DNA of 64,000 nucleotides from an uncultured Bacteroidaceae bacterium (GTDB lineage Bacteria; Bacteroidota; Bacteroidia; Bacteroidales; GCA-2748055): NCBI GenBank assembly GCA_964526475.1, contig CAZGKF010000001.1, positions 12,138 to 76,137 of the forward strand, read 5' to 3'. Shown piece by piece: positions 63,653 to 64,000 of this stretch (position 1 is its first letter; each line of letters starts with the position of its first letter). The notes under the pieces were generated by a model. It saw only the letters and a program-made list of their open reading frames with translations, ran no database searches and was not told where the DNA came from. The position numbers and the translations under genes were made by a program.

Positions 63653-64000
63653 TTACTTTTTAAGAAGATTAAGTATAATTTTATTACTTCTGCCTTCCGG
63701 AAAAAGAAGATAAAACTCATCTATTTCCTTCTCATTCATTTCAAGGGCTTTTTCAAGAAAACGCAAACCGGTTAGCGTATTATTTTGTTTGAAATATGTT
63801 GCTGAAATATAATATAAAATCCGGGAAACATTGAAATTATACTGATATGCCTCCCTTAATACAGTTAATGTCATGGAATAGTCTTCTTCCCGGAAGTGCA
63901 GTAAGGCTAATCTAATCCAGGCTTCATGATCATTATTATCGAGAACAGTTGTTTGCCTGAAGCATTTAATTGCTTCCGGGATACAATTTTGCTTTTCATA
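63653..64000 (-). CDS. TPR-repeat protein, 5'-partial (runs off the window end)
   Basis: The frame is open to base 64000 (YEKQNCIPEAIKCFRQTTVLDNNDHEAWIRLALLHFREEDYSMTL...). The periodicity is TPR-like. Confidence 0.6.
   Translation of the reverse strand, partial: YEKQNCIPEAIKCFRQTTVLDNNDHEAWIRLALLHFREEDYSMTLTVLREAYQYNFNVSRILYYISATYFKQNNTLTGLRFLEKALEMNEKEIDEFYLLFPEGRSNKIILNLLKK

Overview
AT-rich Bacteroidota-type chromosomal segment. The assignment rests on PorP/SprF and type-B T9SS CTD genes and on TTTG / TAnnTTTG-like promoter boxes. Most of the window is housekeeping: partial ldhA-like dehydrogenase, a patatin/Omp85-barrel protein, tRNA-Ser(UGA), HU, an orphan LytTR regulator, two aminotransferases, htpG, mltG, murB, a GT4, sucAB, pntAA/AB/B, an msbA-like ABC exporter, purB, nfeD, a complete trpEGDCFBA operon, a symporter/nucleotidyltransferase/kinase cassette, truA, and an aroE-DUF368-ComA-like operon. 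Six things deserve a second look. (1) A four-gene T9SS-linked surface cassette at 28084-43016. Its 3,917-aa protein has no recognisable T9SS C-terminal domain, while a small downstream protein carries the type-B CTD next to a PorP/SprF gene. The giant protein and the following 267-aa protein end in a similar short tail. (2) Inside the giant gene, eight tandem units of exactly 405 nt each encode an uncharacterised two-Cys domain, alongside other internal duplications. (3) A RAYT-like HUH/Y1 transposase gene carries about 430 nt of in-frame microsatellites around a perfect 29-nt palindrome. It sits beside a GC-rich palindrome cluster that abuts tRNA-Ser. (4) A 61-nt hairpin element occurs twice, about 49 kb apart, with two compensatory stem substitutions. 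(5) An 18-codon leader peptide with three consecutive Trp codons, followed by an intrinsic terminator, lies upstream of trpE. (6) There are two gene remnants and one A7-tract frameshifted small secreted-protein gene. No CRISPR array, prophage or recognisable defence system was seen. All family assignments come from reading motifs by eye; no database search was possible.
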